DNA of 64,000 nucleotides from a bacterium (GTDB lineage Bacteria; UBA8248): NCBI GenBank assembly GCA_965202625.1, contig CBDBBI010000010.1, positions 2,048,001 to 2,112,000 of the forward strand, read 5' to 3'. Shown piece by piece: positions 59,970 to 64,000 of this stretch (position 1 is its first letter; each line of letters starts with the position of its first letter). The notes under the pieces were generated by a model. It saw only the letters and a program-made list of their open reading frames with translations, ran no database searches and was not told where the DNA came from. The position numbers and the translations under genes were made by a program.

Positions 59970-60017
59970 AAGAACCTCCTCTCGTGGAGTTGAAAACTCA
60001 CGGGGGGAGGATTCTTT
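59970..60017 (+). terminator. Intercistronic stem-loop between TAXI and permease genes
   Basis: AAGAACCTCCTCTCGTG-GAGT...ACTC-ACGGGGGGAGGATTCTT imperfect long stem. Confidence 0.55.
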
Positions 60018-60044
60018 GCGTATTCCCGTGGGGTATAAATTGCG

Positions 60045-62428
60045 TTGGATGCCTATCGTAGAATCAACCCCAAAATCGTAGCGGCGCTTGCGCTGGGTTT
60101 TTCCTTGTTTGAACTCTACACCGTTGGTTTTGGGGTTCTCTCCCCGTTTGCGCAGCGCGCAACCATGCTCGCTTTTGCGAGCGTGCTGGTTTTTCTCACA
60201 AAACCCTTTCTGGATTGGGACAAACGTGAGGACATGGCGCCACTCCCCAGAGTATTCGCCATCGGGTGGGACGCGCTTTTCATCGGCCTCGCTCTGTATG
60301 CTTGCGCCTACCTCGTCATTGAGGAGGAAGCGCTGGCGGATCGAAGCGGGGCCGAGACCGGGCTTGATCTCATCATCGCGGGCATCGGACCCATCATGCT
60401 ACTGGAGATGGTTCGCCGCGCGGTGGGCATCCCTTTGTTTTTGGTGATGCTCTGTATCCTGGTCTATTCCTATTTGGGCGATGTGACGCTCATCTTTTTC
60501 TCGGGCGTTTTCGTATTCGTGGCGATGAAGCGGGCCGCGGGTCTGAAGGTCGCCTGCGGGTTCTCTCTCCTTCTCCTCTTGTTTTTCCTGTGGCCGGGAC
60601 GTGGTCTTCTGGACCCCGCCATCTATACTTTCCAGGGTGAGGAGCATAGCCGTCTGGCTGCATACCTGTGGCTCACCTCCGAAGGCACTTTTGGAACCAT
60701 TTCGGCCATCATGAGCGAGTTTATCTTCATTTTTATCTTGTTCTCCGCCCTTCTTGAAGCGACGGGGACTGGGCAGATACTCATCAACCTCGCGTTCGCG
60801 CTGACGGGCCGTTTTCGCGGCGGACCCGCGCAGGCATCCGTTGTGGCCAGTTCAATGTTCGGCATGGTCTCGGGTTCTACGATGGCCAACGTAGTGAGCA
60901 CGGGCACGTTTACGATACCTCTGATGATCCGCACGGGGTTCTCGCGGCTGTTTGCGGGCGCAGTGGAGGCGGTGGCCTCATGCGGCGGGCAGATAGTGCC
61001 GCCCATCATGGGCGCGAGTGTTTTCATCATGTCCGAGCTGATTGAAATTCCCTATGTCTTTTTGATGCTCTATGGGCTGATTCCCGCTTTTTTATATTAT
61101 TTCAGCCTTTCCACGTCGATTTATTTTGAAGCGCGCAGGCTGAACCTCAAGCGATTGGATAGTGCGGAAATACCCGGCGCATGGGAGCAGGTACAACGAG
61201 GGGGCTACCTCCTGATTCCTGTGTTGATCCTGCTGGCCAGCATCGTGAGTGGCGAGACGCCGGGTTTGGCCGGATACAAAGCGGTGGTCTCGCTTGTGGT
61301 GATGGTGGACATGGCGCGATCGCTCAGAGTGATTCGAATGAACTGCGGAGGTCTGGGCGTGTATGCCGCGGGCGGTTTGATTCTGGCGGCCATCTTCTTG
61401 TCTTTTGGGCCCATAAGCGCTCCGGCCGTCATCTCTCAAAACGTCGTGCTTCCTCTTTGGGGCGAGTTCCGCTTCACAGACTGGCGTTGTTCTTGGTTGG
61501 GGTTTGTTTTGCCTTGGTTCCACAATGGCGGAGCTTGCCAATCGCCTTCCCCATCGCGTTGGCTTTGGCGCGATGGAAGATACCGTCCGAGTTGTTGTGG
61601 ATGGGACAAATTCCCTTTGTCGGGCTTTTGTTGCCCATTGCCGTTTTCTGCATGGCGGTTTATCTCGTCGCGCTGCCCGTATTTCGGACACCGGAGACGC
61701 TGGAGGCGAAAAAGAGCGCGCGCGACCTTGGCTGCGCCATCCTCAAGAGCCTGGAAACGGGGGCGAAAAACTCCTTGGGTTTGGTCGCCGCGACGTCCGC
61801 CATTGGCCTCATCGTCGGTCTTTTGGTGCTCGCCGCGGTCGGCGTCCGCATATCGATCCTGGTGACGGAGACGGCCTCGACGTCTTTGTTCCTGGCGTTT
61901 TTCCTGGTGATGATCGCATCGCTCGTGATGGGCATGGGGTTACCGACCGTCGCCGCCTATTTGCTGTTGGTGATCGTAGTGGCGCCGTCGGTCACCAGTT
62001 TGGGAGCGCCACTGGTGGCCGCGCACTTTTTTATTTTCTACTTTGGCGTGATCAGCTCCATCACGCCGCCGGTGGCGCTGGCTGCTTATGGGGCATCCGG
62101 CATATCGGCCGCGAATCCGATGCAAACGGGCTTCACCGCCTGCAGGCTGGCCGTCACCGCGTTCATCGTGCCTTATTTGTTTGTGTACTACCCGGAGCTC
62201 TTGTTGCTCCAAGGCACGTTCTGGACGGTGAGCTACCGCCTCGCCGTGAGTTGCGCAGGCATCGCTTTTCTATCGATGGCTACAATGGGGTTTGGCCGAG
62301 CGCCCATGAACGTGTGGATGAGAACCATGATGATGGGCGCATCCTTGCTCTTGTTCCTGGGTCCGGCGTGGTTCCACGTTTTGGGATTGGCCACGGGAGG
62401 CGTGGTCTTGTTCCGGCAAAAGACATAG
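60045..62428 (+). CDS. TRAP transporter fused 4TM/12TM permease, one -1 frameshift near 61480
   Basis: GGPA...V.AS..FG..SGS..ANV..TG.FTIPLM and EAVAS.GGQI.PP.MG in one frame; GMGLPT.AAY, AHFF.FYFG..S.ITPPVALA in another. Confidence 0.88.
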
Positions 62429-62451
62429 GCGCGGCGTTTCACTCGCCCGCG

Positions 62452-64000
62452 CTATTCGGTGGAATTCTCCATGTGAAAGCCGAGATTCCGTTCTGTGAGG
62501 CCGGCCGGGGGCCGATGCTGCCGCAAGGGCGCTACTTCATGGCCGTTTGTTTCAGCTTTTTCCAGGAGCGATTCTCCGACTCCTTTCGACGAATTTGCTA
62601 CTTCATGGCTGTTTTTTTCGGTTTCTTCCGGAAAAAGCGCCGCATGGGTTTCCTCAAAGCGATGTTTTCCCACAGCCAGCTGCATGACGGCGGGCATGAC
62701 TTCTCTGGCAAGCTGAATCATTTTCACTCGCCTTGTCTCTTATGTCCCACTGGGCGTGGGGGTCTTCCCTGAGTCTTGAAACGTGGTAGAGCTCCCGCGC
62801 ATTTACCGAGAACAGCACGCGGCGTTTGTGCGCGTTCGTGAGGACGTAGGGTGCGGCTTCGGGCGCCTGCGCGGCAATGCTCTTATACGCGGCGTTGGTA
62901 GCAGCTATGGCGACCTGGAACTCAGCCTCCGCCCCCGCTTCGATGATGGAGGGGGGCGTGGTGACGCCCAGTGCAACGTCATAGGGCTGGGCGTTGAGAG
63001 TAGCCATGCGGTGGCGCTTGAGCTGCCCGAAACAGGCGGCGGATAGCGTCAACTCAAAAACGCAGCGCACGTTCTCGAACTCGCGCAGAACGGAGTCGTG
63101 CCCGCCCATGAACCTGAACGTGGAGGCGATGAAGCGTTTGCGTTCCTCCTCATTCATGCTTTGGGCTGTTGCCTGGCAGCGGGACATGGGCTTTCCTGAG
63201 GACGAATGGATGAGGGCGGCTGTGACGAGCGCGTCCGCATTCGGCGTGTAGTCCACCAGAACAACGTCTCCGCCCGCGTCGGGGGGAGCTGCCGCCTTCT
63301 CAAGCAGCCTGGAGGTCGTCTCCCTGAGCGCGGCGCGGGTGTGGATATTGTATGGAGTGGGGGCTGTGTATTTTACCAGCGAGGGCGCAACGCCCTTGAC
63401 GGACGCATACAGACGCCGCGCGTATTCCTGAACTTCCTCGAGCGGATGAGCGGCGCAGTGGCTGATGACGTGTTCCAGGTTTCTCGCGTTGAGCGTCATG
63501 CCGATTTGCGACTGCGTGGCGAGGGAGACGACGTAGCGCGCGTCCTCTTTCGCCAGGCCCTCCAGCGTTTTGTGTGTTTTCCTGCTGACCGCGAGCTGGG
63601 GGTGCTGTTCAAATACCCAGGGCCTGAGCTTCTTGTAAAGAGCGTGGTAGCAGGCGTTCTGCATCTTTATCGTGCGGACGAATAGACTACCAAACCCCGT
63701 TTCCTTGACCTCTTTGGGCACCACGAAGTCGTCCTCAAGCAGGACGTAGCGCTGGCTTTTCTCGGTGTAGGACAAGAGCCTGAATTTTTGTATCTCCTCC
63801 ACCGCATAGCGGCTCACGCCGATGACGTCGACGTTGAAGGTAGCGTGCTCTGCAACGGAGCTGTGCCCGTAGTCGAAAATGATGGTCTGGTTGCTCCTGC
63901 GCGCTTTCTCCACGTCCAGGCGAGCGGAGGCGCGAAGCGCGTCGATGGGGCGCGGGTCTCGACTGATGCGCGCGTATGCCGCACTGATGGTCTCGGGCGT
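62452..64000 (-). CDS. thyX: FAD-dependent thymidylate synthase, tandem Thy1-domain type (5' end outside window; +1 frameshift at T4 62721-62724)
   Basis: TPETISAAYAR.SR, GHSSVAEH, YTEKSQRY, EDARY, QLKRHRM, NAREL.H..RLR...HAQWDIR; continues as EMIQLAREVMP after removing one base. Confidence 0.9.

Overview
A 64 kb chromosomal segment of a moderately GC-rich bacterium, mostly core and respiratory genes: MscS-family channel, nadA-nadC (no nadB in the window), MmgE/PrpD, tupABC tungstate uptake, an orphan dnaN, PTPS + SDR, tsaC-purE-ridA, rarA, udg-coaBC-gmk-yicC, rqcH, hemW, a GAF/sigma54 activator, cbtA, USP, rimK, proA, a complete A1-type cytochrome c oxidase cluster with ctaA/ctaB and an ABC-2 exporter, tRNA-Arg(ACG), an SSS transporter cassette, a TAXI-TRAP system and thyX. 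The most notable element is a ~3.8 kb Mu-like phage remnant at ~25.5-29.3 kb. It holds a truncated portal gene and a MuF head protein gene. Removing three single-base +1 frameshifts turns the MuF gene into one ~695-aa protein carrying both a HipA/PI3K-like kinase domain and an R-S-E ADP-ribosyltransferase. Two small translationally coupled ORFs follow (candidate immunity genes), and the remnant abuts the broken 3' tip of a glyoxalase gene. The window shows real gene decay (MATE paralog, threonine synthase, VOC fragments, a nonsense codon in a TPR-like gene). It also has isolated single-base indels in otherwise intact genes (thyX, TRAP permease, MBL hydrolase) that may be sequencing errors, so all frameshift interpretations need read-level checks. 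All calls come from motif recognition by eye; no searches were run.
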